A DNA stretch of 43,340 nucleotides, taken from a virus. A program made the translations under genes and the position numbers. This document shows, piece by piece, positions 10,301-16,623 of the stretch (position 1 is the stretch's first letter; every line of letters starts with the position of its first letter). The stretch lies in the IMG/VR virus record IMGVR_UViG_3300049070_000042, positions 1 through 43,340 of that record; one strand, 5' to 3'. The notes below the pieces were generated by a model. The model was not told where the DNA came from. It saw only the letters and a program-made list of their open reading frames with translations, and ran no database searches.

Positions 10301-10373
10301 TGATTACACGGTAAAAGTTGAATTATTATCTGGTTCTACGCTTGTGCTTGACGCCATTGAAATTACCCCTTAA
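7305..10373 (+). CDS. Right-handed beta-helix polysaccharide depolymerase/lyase-like protein, 1022 aa, with N-terminal signal peptide, Ig-like domain and C-terminal carbohydrate-binding-like domain
   Basis: MKILIFLLFFSTVLYGQQ looks like a Sec signal. GDPFKTIQAGSNAATAGQIVGIKGGTYRE is the usual entry to a pectate-lyase-fold helix. Repeated NN.F.D/W strands follow. The C-terminus (GANATYDFHGTQVTVTAEKCDNMGVARISVLDG...LVLDAIEI) is CBM-like. Confidence 0.65.
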   Translation: MKILIFLLFFSTVLYGQQIGTRNLKDGAVTSPKLSNGAVTKEKMATDAIAPLAGGTLSDFSLNFVSQYGQIFDLTVDEDIALTLEGSGNINNTWIIINATGDGSHVLTWPATWRIEGTYDPNSVQEVYLKFNGSTVIGKITVWADAIEATLSTAAAPNATPNTINLAFSEAVNIDPTGWTLSASGGACNILSVSGSGTMNPTFTLSREILFSETVTISYAPAAGQTTNLSGNEIETIVNQAVTVPDEEDPVTQNIDIYVDDDAVDDIAAGTIGDPFKTIQAGSNAATAGQIVGIKGGTYRETPVAKADVTYTNVIGEVAFISAFEDVGTTGWTVHSGNIYKKTITLPVNGFNTSTTRIAENSLNTTIFANQILRNGEMMFEARWPNITTFADMMDRTKFRSLRWDAGFNVNNIIDATLPTSAANLVGGTVVANGWFMTEPRTINSNTGTTQINFNNIWDNTATGQWSRQRYYLTGKLVLLDAEKEWHYESGTLYFWQPGGGTPTGSIVYKARNWGFDARGKANVKIISPDGGLRFIGCEPFVGDASSTNALIDNIRSTFQNHHVRHDVWEWQGVGMSKQFGIKLLGANSVVKNSEFSFSGSSGIWCGPNALIQNNYFHDWGYVGYWANPVSLWGTDGGQTITRNTFERTGRSGMDFGYNFGNAPGTSFHYNVTFTYNDVGYYGMLSSDNGGSYIWGQCDTPGLNYSYNWIHDNMAPGQATGVTTGNGLQAAIYFDQSTGPGEIHHNVTWNAGDTDVYHETVNPTRPGSNPALWTRPYPLLNIHHNTFATTTGSVDGSVTSYRSYILDPKDTQANNIYRRAVVVSWGGPTSHITSSVFQGTDPLFVGGDPDVIGGLAFKLQSGSPAIALDAGAYPFGGEDWIPGYVPFVEDNTVNDNDAGWTYSPGWDYQPNAYNGQRFVNFDHHLTSTVGANATYDFHGTQVTVTAEKCDNMGVARISVLDGAVVMDTEDVNLFQETGSGLCDAGVVDVVWTSIVLAEDDYTVKVELLSGSTLVLDAIEITP

Positions 10374-10450
10374 AGAGCTTGCCAGACGGGCGAGTGTTTG
10401 AAAAGTAGTGGGCGGGTCGTGGATGGCCCGCTCATTTAAACAACAAAAAT

Positions 10451-10849
10451 ATGACCCATCAACTGTACATACAATGCGTGATCGCTGCCCTGATAGGCAA
10501 CGTTCTGCATATCTTATTCAAGATACTCTCTTTGATAAAAGAGCATAAAATTTCAAATGTAGAGTTTAATTTCAAAGGTTACTTAAAAGATGATTGGTGG
10601 GTAATTGTAGCTGATTTATCGAGTTCATTTGCTTTGGTATTTGTGATTGATGAGTGGATCATAGACGACAGCTATACATGGATTCTCAGCAAACTGAAAA
10701 CTATTTTTGTTTTCGTGGGGCTCACAGGAAGCTATTTAGTAATGTATTTTTTCAGCGTGGCAACTAAGAAACTTCACAAAGCGATTGATTACAAAACTAA
10801 TATAGCAGATCAGGCAACCGGAACGCTTGATAAACCTACTCCAAAATAA
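10451..10849 (+). CDS. Membrane protein, 132 aa (holin candidate)
   Basis: It has several hydrophobic helices and is the first gene after the tail-spike module. Confidence 0.5.
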   Translation: MTHQLYIQCVIAALIGNVLHILFKILSLIKEHKISNVEFNFKGYLKDDWWVIVADLSSSFALVFVIDEWIIDDSYTWILSKLKTIFVFVGLTGSYLVMYFFSVATKKLHKAIDYKTNIADQATGTLDKPTPK

Positions 10850-10870
10850 CCCCTGAAAGTAGGGGTTTTG
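10848..10870 (+). terminator. Rho-independent terminator candidate
   Basis: Stem aacccct (10848-10854) / aggggtt (10861-10867), loop gaaagt, then a T-run. Confidence 0.55.
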
Positions 10871-10940
10871 TCAAAATGACTAGAGCCTAAAACGATTGAA
10901 GTTATGGGAAAACATTATATTATGAAAACCATTGAGGCGA

Positions 10941-11141
10941 ATGTACGCGTTAATTTGCGAGTTCATTGTTTTCGTAGTGTGGGGTGTGTTCCTTACTCGT
11001 ATCTTTGTTAACCTTAAAAGAGAATCAGAGATCCGAAACAACACGCATAAATATTACTCTAAGAAAATTTTTAACTTAAACAAAGAAGTCGATGAGCTTA
11101 GAAAAAGAAGAGAAGGAAAAACCCAAGGAGGAGAAGCCTAA
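10941..11141 (+). CDS. Small N-terminally anchored membrane protein, 66 aa
   Basis: I prefer ATG 10941 over the TTG at 10932 used by the ORF track. It has a TM helix (ALICEFIVFVVWGVFLTRIFV) and then a charged tail. Confidence 0.5.
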   Translation: MYALICEFIVFVVWGVFLTRIFVNLKRESEIRNNTHKYYSKKIFNLNKEVDELRKRREGKTQGGEA

Positions 11142-11229
11142 AGAAGAAAAGCCGAAAGACGATCCTGCGCCTACCGCCGATCCGCCGTCAAACCCGCCCA
11201 ACCCCCCGCCTGGAGGTGGAGGGAAGTGA
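11092..11229 (+). CDS. Lys/Glu/Pro-rich small ORF, 45 aa (below the track cutoff), or a +1-frame extension of 10941..11141
   Basis: My own translation is MSLEKEEKEKPKEEKPKEEKPKDDPAPTADPPSNPPNPPPGGGGK. Its stop forms a GTGA overlap with the 11226 start codon. Confidence 0.35.
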   Translation: MSLEKEEKEKPKEEKPKEEKPKDDPAPTADPPSNPPNPPPGGGGK

Positions 11230-11618
11230 AAAACATTATTGTTTTATTAGGCTGTAGCGCTGCATTGCTTTGCATGGAGCTCTATAGCCTATGGCCTTAT
11301 TCTGAAGTGATGCATAACCCTTTCCCGTTCAGCAAGCAAGAACTTTCTTGGCAATCGTATGTAGATTATGCAGCTACGCGCGCGGGGATATGTATCTTAT
11401 TTGCAGTCATTTGGTATCTGTCGGGTAAACAATGGCAGTACCTTGCGTTGTTACTACTGATATGTGGATATTTTGTGGACTATCTCTTAATATACAACGA
11501 GCCGTTTGGATACTCATACTTTTTTGGGCACAGGTTGCCGGTATCCTATACGCTGTTTATGATTATATCAGCTGGTGTAGTCATCTTCAAATCTATGATA
11601 GAGCAATGGAGGAAGTAG
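11226..11618 (+). CDS. Multi-pass membrane protein, 130 aa (GTG start)
   Basis: It has about four hydrophobic helices and lies in the lysis region. Confidence 0.55.
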   Translation: MKNIIVLLGCSAALLCMELYSLWPYSEVMHNPFPFSKQELSWQSYVDYAATRAGICILFAVIWYLSGKQWQYLALLLLICGYFVDYLLIYNEPFGYSYFFGHRLPVSYTLFMIISAGVVIFKSMIEQWRK

Positions 11619-11905
11619 TTATTCCGGGCTGGGTGTGGGGACTGTTCACCGTTGTAATTGTCGCGTGGATGGTGAGGCTTACGTTCATGGCGTTCAAAGC
11701 TGAGAAAGATGTGAGCTTGCAGAACAGCAAAGACCAGCAAATATTAAATGACATTAGTCACCTGAATAGAAAACTTGACGACACAAAAACAGACCTGCAC
11801 GAATCACTGGACAAGCTTGATACACGGTTTGAAAAATTCGAAGCACGGATGGACAAGCTTTTTGACAGGGCATTTGATTTACTTAATAAGGCGACAAAAT
11901 CTTGA
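11606..11905 (+). CDS. N-terminal TM plus coiled-coil protein, 99 aa (i-spanin-like architecture)
   Basis: I prefer the internal ATG at 11606 (MEEVVIPGWVWGLFTVVIVAW...) over the track's 11432 start, which would overlap 11226..11618 by 187 nt. Confidence 0.5.
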   Translation: MEEVVIPGWVWGLFTVVIVAWMVRLTFMAFKAEKDVSLQNSKDQQILNDISHLNRKLDDTKTDLHESLDKLDTRFEKFEARMDKLFDRAFDLLNKATKS

Positions 11906-12183
11906 AGATAGAATTGATAACGCAGATACTCACATTGATTGCCTTACTCATTACTTTGTTCTTTCAGATTAGAAATTTTGTAAAGTACAGAGAGACGGAT
12001 GAGGCGAATGTAAAGCGCATTTTTCTGATGCTGATGACAGTTTGTTTTTCAGCGCATATTGTTCTTTTAATGTTTAAGTTTTCAGAAGGCTTTTTCTTCA
12101 CTGCCGGGGTAGTGATTTTTCTTTTACTCTATAACGATTGGTTTGAAAAACTCAGGGTGAAAATAAAAAACCCCTTTCGCTAA
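11902..12183 (+). CDS. Membrane protein, 93 aa
   Basis: It has three hydrophobic helices and an ATGA-type junction with the previous gene. Confidence 0.55.
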   Translation: MKIELITQILTLIALLITLFFQIRNFVKYRETDEANVKRIFLMLMTVCFSAHIVLLMFKFSEGFFFTAGVVIFLLLYNDWFEKLRVKIKNPFR

Positions 12184-12199
12184 AAAAGGGGCTGATTTT

Positions 12200-12652
12200 A
12201 TGGTGACACCTCCACGTCGAACGCAATATACAAAAAGTTCGATGGAAAGAATAACCCTTGAGAGAGTATACTTAACTGACCGCACACTTGGTTCGCTGTA
12301 TCGTAACGGGCAACCTATCGGAAAGACTTTAGAGCTTCCGTGGAAGATGAACAAGCGCGGGATAAGCTGTATTCCTGAAGGTGTTTACCGCGTCGTCAAA
12401 CAACCTCCAAAAGAGTCAAGGCCGTATCCTTATTTCCGGTTACCAGAAGTTGACGGTAGATCTGGTATTTTAATTCACAGAGGTATTTCACCGGACCATT
12501 CCAAAGGCTGTATTCTCGTCGCGTCAAGGTTTCGAAACATCAACACAGACAAACCGGAACTTGAAGAGAGCGGTAAAAAATTACAATGGATGATTGACAA
12601 CCTACCGGATGAATTCGAACTTGAAGTGAAGGCTAAAACTATCTTGGTATGA
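12200..12652 (+). CDS. DUF5675-like protein with a YkuD-like H...GC motif; putative cell-wall-acting lysis enzyme, 150 aa (start may be ATG 12242)
   Basis: The supporting segments are TLGSLYRNGQPIGKTLELPWKMNKRGISCIPEGVYRV and ILIHRGISPDHSKGCILVA. The enzymatic role is inferred. Confidence 0.5.
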   Translation: MVTPPRRTQYTKSSMERITLERVYLTDRTLGSLYRNGQPIGKTLELPWKMNKRGISCIPEGVYRVVKQPPKESRPYPYFRLPEVDGRSGILIHRGISPDHSKGCILVASRFRNINTDKPELEESGKKLQWMIDNLPDEFELEVKAKTILV

Positions 12653-12843
12653 TCTACGACAGTATAGAATTAACTTCTGAGGAATTGCAGGACGCAATAG
12701 CAGAAGGCAAGAAAAAGAAGTGGTTTAAACTAAGCCATGAAACCTACTGGATACAACAGGAACGCAAGGCCCTGGAAGCTGAAGCGGAGGCAAAGCGGAT
12801 ATTGGAAGAAAAACGGTATGACCAAAGGACCCCAAAACGGTGA
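12649..12843 (+). CDS. Hypothetical charged protein, 64 aa
   Basis: ATGA overlap with 12200..12652. Confidence 0.5.
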   Translation: MIYDSIELTSEELQDAIAEGKKKKWFKLSHETYWIQQERKALEAEAEAKRILEEKRYDQRTPKR

Positions 12844-12982
12844 TACATTGAAATATCGTTTTTGTGAAAATTTGCATAGTGTATGCTTCACAAAAACAGT
12901 AGATATTTGTGAATATAAATCGGAGGCAAAAAGAATCGCTAAAGAGAAACGTCGTCAGGAGTGGAGGAGACCGCCCCGATAA
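12818..12982 (+). CDS. Possible small basic protein, 54 aa
   Basis: This is an internal ATG of the track ORF 12737..12982. It would fill an otherwise 190-nt non-coding gap. Support is weak. Confidence 0.3.
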   Translation: MTKGPQNGDTLKYRFCENLHSVCFTKTVDICEYKSEAKRIAKEKRRQEWRRPPR

Positions 12983-13032
12983 ACGGCTCCTCACAAAACT
13001 GACTGCTTTTGACCAAAGCTTAAACGGTAAAC

Positions 13033-13623
13033 ATGTTAAGAGATATTAAGTTATGGATAATTGTAGCACTTGGAATTATCCTGGTTATCATGTTAATTTT
13101 CTGGCCACAAAGTGAATCACCAAAAATAGCCCGCCTGGAGCACGAAAACGACAGCTTGTTAATCCGAATCAGCCAACATCAGGCGAACGCATACCGGCTA
13201 AGCGTTATAAGGCTTGCAGATAGCCTACGTTCGATCGAAAGTAAAAAGGTATCTGACTCCATCCACGCTGTCGATCGTTCAACCATAGCCAAGCTACGGG
13301 CTAGTCCTAAAATTGTGGAGATCATAAAAGACAATCCAGCGATAGACACGTTAATTCAGGCTTACGATAGTGCAATTCTGCACAGAGACGAAAGGATAAG
13401 GGAACTTGAAAGCGAACTAACCTCAAGCCAAAGTTTAGCCTCTCAGGCTGAACAGAATTTCAAAGCTACAATAGCCGACTATGAAAAGCTTCACGCTAAT
13501 ATGTTGGAACAGGTAGAGCATTATAAAAAGGAGAATCGAAAATTAAGACGGGGCAAAAGGTTAGCTATTGTTGGAGGTATTGCCGTTTCGGTGGCAGGAC
13601 TATTTCTTGGAAGTAGTCTATGA
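13033..13623 (+). CDS. TM - long coiled coil - C-terminal TM protein, 196 aa
   Basis: N-terminal helix LWIIVALGIILVIMLIFW, central heptad-like region, C-terminal helix LAIVGGIAVSVAGLFLGSSL. Its 3' end overlaps the convergent RNA ligase gene by 59 nt. Confidence 0.6.
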   Translation: MLRDIKLWIIVALGIILVIMLIFWPQSESPKIARLEHENDSLLIRISQHQANAYRLSVIRLADSLRSIESKKVSDSIHAVDRSTIAKLRASPKIVEIIKDNPAIDTLIQAYDSAILHRDERIRELESELTSSQSLASQAEQNFKATIADYEKLHANMLEQVEHYKKENRKLRRGKRLAIVGGIAVSVAGLFLGSSL

Positions 13624-14314
13624 GGTATTGATGTTCCGGTAACACGCCGTTAAAAACGTCCAAGTCTAAATATTTACCATCTACTTTATCTGGCCGTACA
13701 TATTTGCATAAGAAATCTACATCACCTTTTCTTTCAACTCTCCAAATAGCGCCTTCAACTGGTTCCATCGCCCCATGAAGTGAAACGTCCAACATTGTCA
13801 TAGCGGAATCAATATCCAAAGGTTGGCCAACACTAAGGCATTGCGGCAAAGTGAAATCGTGTTTTATAAGTCTAGATACTATTTCAAAATATGGCCATCG
13901 TTTTTTATCTTGAATTATATCAAAGGCTACAAACGGCTCATGTGGTAAATTGTACTTTGTTCCAACTGCGGTCAATAGCCACTCCCCGCAAACTCGTTCA
14001 CCTTCGCTAAGCAATTCATCGAAACGTTCCTGTTCACGCTCTACCCACAACTTAAACGCATGATGAGTTTTGTACGGAGATGTTTCAGCAAGATAACCGG
14101 CGCGAGTTATTGCAAGTACTTTACCATTTACTTTACAAACCCCTACATTACCACCGTCCAATTTTTCTTGAACGATAATGTAATCGTATTTGTCCCTTGT
14201 TTTTTCGGTTGCTATCCTTTGCTGGCCTAGCGAACAATGGTGATCCCCTGGGCCCATGCGAGAGCCTTCAAAGTGTGGTATTGACCCGTATGATTTACAT
14301 CCAAGCGGTTTCAT
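13565..14314 (-). CDS. ATP-dependent RNA ligase family protein (RNA_ligase/DraRnl-like nucleotidyltransferase), 249 aa
   Basis: Motif I is KLDGGNVG (KxDG). It also has CGEWL, EGAIWRV (motif IV-like) and LCKYVRPDK (motif V-like). The N-terminus SYGSIPHFEGSRMGPGDH is typical of this family. Confidence 0.7.
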   Translation of the reverse strand: MKPLGCKSYGSIPHFEGSRMGPGDHHCSLGQQRIATEKTRDKYDYIIVQEKLDGGNVGVCKVNGKVLAITRAGYLAETSPYKTHHAFKLWVEREQERFDELLSEGERVCGEWLLTAVGTKYNLPHEPFVAFDIIQDKKRWPYFEIVSRLIKHDFTLPQCLSVGQPLDIDSAMTMLDVSLHGAMEPVEGAIWRVERKGDVDFLCKYVRPDKVDGKYLDLDVFNGVLPEHQYLIDYFQEIVLPPKRQYLQQ

Positions 14315-14328
14315 TTGGTGCTATTGGG
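14305..14328. repeat. 24-bp perfect direct repeat, copy 1 (gcggtttcatttggtgctattggg)
   Basis: Identical to 14451..14474. On the minus strand it reads CCCAATAGCACCAA-ATG-AAA-CCG-C, which is a translation-initiation region plus the codons for MKP. Confidence 0.9.
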
Positions 14329-14460
14329 GTAATTGGCGCAATACTCTAAATAGAAACTATTTTTCAATTGAGTGGCTTCATGGTTACAGGTCCATATCCA
14401 ATATCCAATTACAAGCCCATCTTCATCATAATCCCATTGAATTCTGTATCGCGGTTTCAT
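14311..14460 (-). CDS. Small ORF, 49 aa (below the track cutoff)
   Basis: My own translation is MKPRYRIQWDYDEDGLVIGYWIWTCNHEATQLKNSFYLEYCANYPNSTK. Its stop forms an ATGA overlap with the RNA ligase start. Confidence 0.5.
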   Translation of the reverse strand: MKPRYRIQWDYDEDGLVIGYWIWTCNHEATQLKNSFYLEYCANYPNSTK

Positions 14461-14474
14461 TTGGTGCTATTGGG
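14451..14474. repeat. 24-bp perfect direct repeat, copy 2
   Basis: Identical to 14305..14328. The flanking bases differ on both sides. Confidence 0.9.
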
Positions 14475-14655
14475 TTGGTGGGGTTGATTCTATAGATTGA
14501 TATTTTCCGTTTATCTTTTTACAAATAATACTTGAAAGACCCTTTTGTATTTGAGTTTCTTGCATGAATTTGGCCTTGTTTAATGTCTTACAATACTTCC
14601 ATCTTTCTTTACCGTTCCATAGCACATTAACACGATACCTTGATTCAATACTCAT
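14467..14655 (-). CDS. Hypothetical protein, 62 aa
   Basis: ATGA overlap with the upstream gene. Confidence 0.5.
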   Translation of the reverse strand: MSIESRYRVNVLWNGKERWKYCKTLNKAKFMQETQIQKGLSSIICKKINGKYQSIESTPPTQ

Positions 14656-15038
14656 AGAATATACATTATCACCGCACCTACTAACACTCCTAATTTAACT
14701 AAAAACCTTGTCATTGGTTTCCATTGTCTTAATACGTCATCAGTCCACGACTTACCTAAATAACTGAAAGCGCTTTCTTTGGTTTCGATAACTTTGCGTT
14801 TCTTCAGAATCCAAGTAATAGCGTAATCAAAAACTACAAAATGAATCGCCAAACTTAGCAGAACACCGTCAGGTATTGCTTTGCCTGCTATGTACCAACC
14901 TACTACGGCAGCGGTGATAGCAAGTAACAAGCGTATAAAAATGTCCTGTGTTTTCTCATTTGGTGCTTCGCCGTTGCGATCATTTATTAACTCCCAAATG
15001 AGTGGAACGAAAAGTAAAAGTATAGCGAGTAGTGTCAT
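14652..15038 (-). CDS. Membrane protein, 128 aa (about 4 TM)
   Basis: It has hydrophobic helices and ATGA overlaps at both ends. Confidence 0.6.
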   Translation of the reverse strand: MTLLAILLLFVPLIWELINDRNGEAPNEKTQDIFIRLLLAITAAVVGWYIAGKAIPDGVLLSLAIHFVVFDYAITWILKKRKVIETKESAFSYLGKSWTDDVLRQWKPMTRFLVKLGVLVGAVIMYIL

Positions 15039-15205
15039 TCGAATACTTGGATTATAATACAGTGGTTTGGATATGGCAATTTTTCTTTATCGGCACGTGC
15101 CTCTTCAAGAGTTGTATAACCGTGGAGTTGACCAGCTATTTGGAAGCATGGCCTAACCATGTTCTCTCCCATTGGTTCCCAAATTTCAATTATTTGATAT
15201 TTCAT
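15035..15205 (-). CDS. Hypothetical protein, 56 aa (ATG 15205 preferred over TTG 15229)
   Basis: MKYQIIEIWEP... Its start forms an ATGA overlap with the stop of 15202..15369. Confidence 0.5.
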   Translation of the reverse strand: MKYQIIEIWEPMGENMVRPCFQIAGQLHGYTTLEEARADKEKLPYPNHCIIIQVFE

Positions 15206-15369
15206 TTTCTTTTTCTTATTGACCAACAAGTCCCAATTTCAACCGTAGCTATACATACTCCGAGTATTACAAACCACCAACCGCTATCCTGCCAGCCTTC
15301 AAATATTATAAACAGGAAAGTTGCTGTGATAATGGCAGAATATATCCAGAGGCGTGTAGTCAGTTTCAT
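15202..15369 (-). CDS. Small membrane protein, 55 aa (below the track cutoff)
   Basis: My own translation is MKLTTRLWIYSAIITATFLFIIFEGWQDSGWWFVILGVCIATVEIGTCWSIRKRK. It has ATGA overlaps at both ends. Confidence 0.55.
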   Translation of the reverse strand: MKLTTRLWIYSAIITATFLFIIFEGWQDSGWWFVILGVCIATVEIGTCWSIRKRK

Positions 15370-15554
15370 AGGAGTGATTTAGCTTCTTGAATTATAGTAT
15401 TGATATTTGGAAATGCTCTCCCTTGACTGTGTTCGTATGCTTCCGCTAGTGGTATCAACTCTCGCAAAGATTCTTTTAAGGCTTTAACTTCTTGAATTAA
15501 ATCTACGGTCAGTTTATAATGATCGTATTCTTCTGGTAGTTCTTCTGTTTTCAT
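15366..15554 (-). CDS. Hypothetical acidic protein, 62 aa
   Basis: The ORF sits in the coupled gene chain. Confidence 0.5.
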   Translation of the reverse strand: MKTEELPEEYDHYKLTVDLIQEVKALKESLRELIPLAEAYEHSQGRAFPNINTIIQEAKSLL

Positions 15555-15576
15555 GTGGTGGAGAAAAATAGTAGGG

Positions 15577-16068
15577 TCATCTTGTATACATTAAAAATCC
15601 ATTAATCGTTAACAAAGCACTAAGCTCAATCCACGTTGTCCGGTTGTTCACTTTAAACAAGTAGATCAACGCTGTTAGTAGAGCGAATATTCCTAAAGCC
15701 CAGTACACTTGTTGTCCCTTCTCAAACCAGATAGCAAGCATTCCCAACGCTATGGCTATCACTGTTAAGATATTATGTAAAAGCGTTATTTCTTTGTCCT
15801 TGTAATTCGCAGCAACACCGATATAAAACACCATTGCCCCGGCTATCGGAAGGCATACGGCAGCGCCGACACTTTCAACAAAATAGTACTGTGGCAACAT
15901 CGGAACACCAACGCCAGCACAGAACCAAACAAACGCAGCGCTGTAGTTCTTTTCTTTGAAGTAGTACCACGTTGCTGATATACTTCGTTGCTGTTTGCCG
16001 AACGTTATTTGAACGATGACTAAGTAAATGAGTGCGGCCAGTGTGGATGCAAGGGTTAGATAATTCAT
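15577..16068 (-). CDS. Multi-pass membrane protein, 163 aa (about 5 TM)
   Basis: It is hydrophobic throughout and has an ATGA overlap with 16065..16367. Confidence 0.6.
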   Translation of the reverse strand: MNYLTLASTLAALIYLVIVQITFGKQQRSISATWYYFKEKNYSAAFVWFCAGVGVPMLPQYYFVESVGAAVCLPIAGAMVFYIGVAANYKDKEITLLHNILTVIAIALGMLAIWFEKGQQVYWALGIFALLTALIYLFKVNNRTTWIELSALLTINGFLMYTR

Positions 16069-16367
16069 TTTTCGAGTGTTTGTAATCTATCAAGTTCTGC
16101 GGCTATAAGAGCCCCAGCAATTATCAATCGTTCTTTTCGTTGTCTTGCGTTAAGGTCATCAAACCATTCCTGATCCCAACCGTCAGGTAGGTGGTTTACA
16201 GTGTCAACAACTTCTTCAAACTCGTGCATCAGCAACGTAGTAGCTGCATATTGCAATTGAAAGTTGTCGTACCATTCTGGATGATCAACATGGTGAGCGC
16301 CCGTAAAGCCGTGTTTGTCGATTTGTTTTTGACGTTCGGCTGCAATTAATTCAATTCCTGTTTTCAT
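16065..16367 (-). CDS. Conserved phage protein, 100 aa, function unknown
   Basis: The pattern IAAERQKQIDKHGFTGAHHVDH...LIIAGALIAAELDRL recurs in many phage hypothetical proteins, from my recollection only. Confidence 0.55.
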   Translation of the reverse strand: MKTGIELIAAERQKQIDKHGFTGAHHVDHPEWYDNFQLQYAATTLLMHEFEEVVDTVNHLPDGWDQEWFDDLNARQRKERLIIAGALIAAELDRLQTLEK

Positions 16368-16371
16368 AATC

Positions 16372-16623
16372 TTACAATCTATTTACTATTTGTTTTGCGA
16401 AAGTTTCTGTTCCTGTGAATTCATAGAACTGAAGCGGTACACTACAAGGCTGAGTATTAAAATCATGTATTACACTTCTCCGAACACGGCCGATAATGTT
16501 GTCTTTGTTGCACCTTTCGACTATAAAAGTCTGGCCGTTTTTTATGGCTTGGTGCACTATCATGTACTTGTCTTTGCCTTCTGAAAGCAAGGATTTTATT
16601 TCGTGTGCGGTGAGTATTTTCAT
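16372..16623 (-). CDS. Hypothetical protein, 83 aa (start ATG 16623)
   Basis: The MKILTAHEI... start forms an ATGA overlap with the stop of 16620..17477. The track's longer start at 16653 is less likely. Confidence 0.5.
   Translation of the reverse strand: MKILTAHEIKSLLSEGKDKYMIVHQAIKNGQTFIVERCNKDNIIGRVRRSVIHDFNTQPCSVPLQFYEFTGTETFAKQIVNRL

Noticed and set aside
9900-10373. A T9SS C-terminal sorting domain on the signal-peptide-bearing depolymerase
   Set aside because: The C-terminus (GANATYDFHGTQVTV...YTVKVELLSGSTLVLDAIEITP) looks like a carbohydrate-binding jelly-roll rather than a typical T9SS C-terminal domain. I cannot confirm this without a profile search.
10410-10440. Terminator after the depolymerase gene (gggcggg / cccgctc hairpin)
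   Set aside because: The 7-bp stem needs a G:U pair and the downstream T-tract is weak, so I did not list it as a feature.
11432-11605. 5' extension of ORF 11432..11905
   Set aside because: It would overlap the membrane-protein gene 11226..11618 by 187 nt. The internal ATG at 11606 gives a clean TM plus coiled-coil protein with only a 13-nt overlap.
15032-15382. 116-aa plus-strand ORF
   Set aside because: It is antisense to a chain of ATGA-coupled minus-strand genes (15035..15205, 15202..15369) that fully account for the region.
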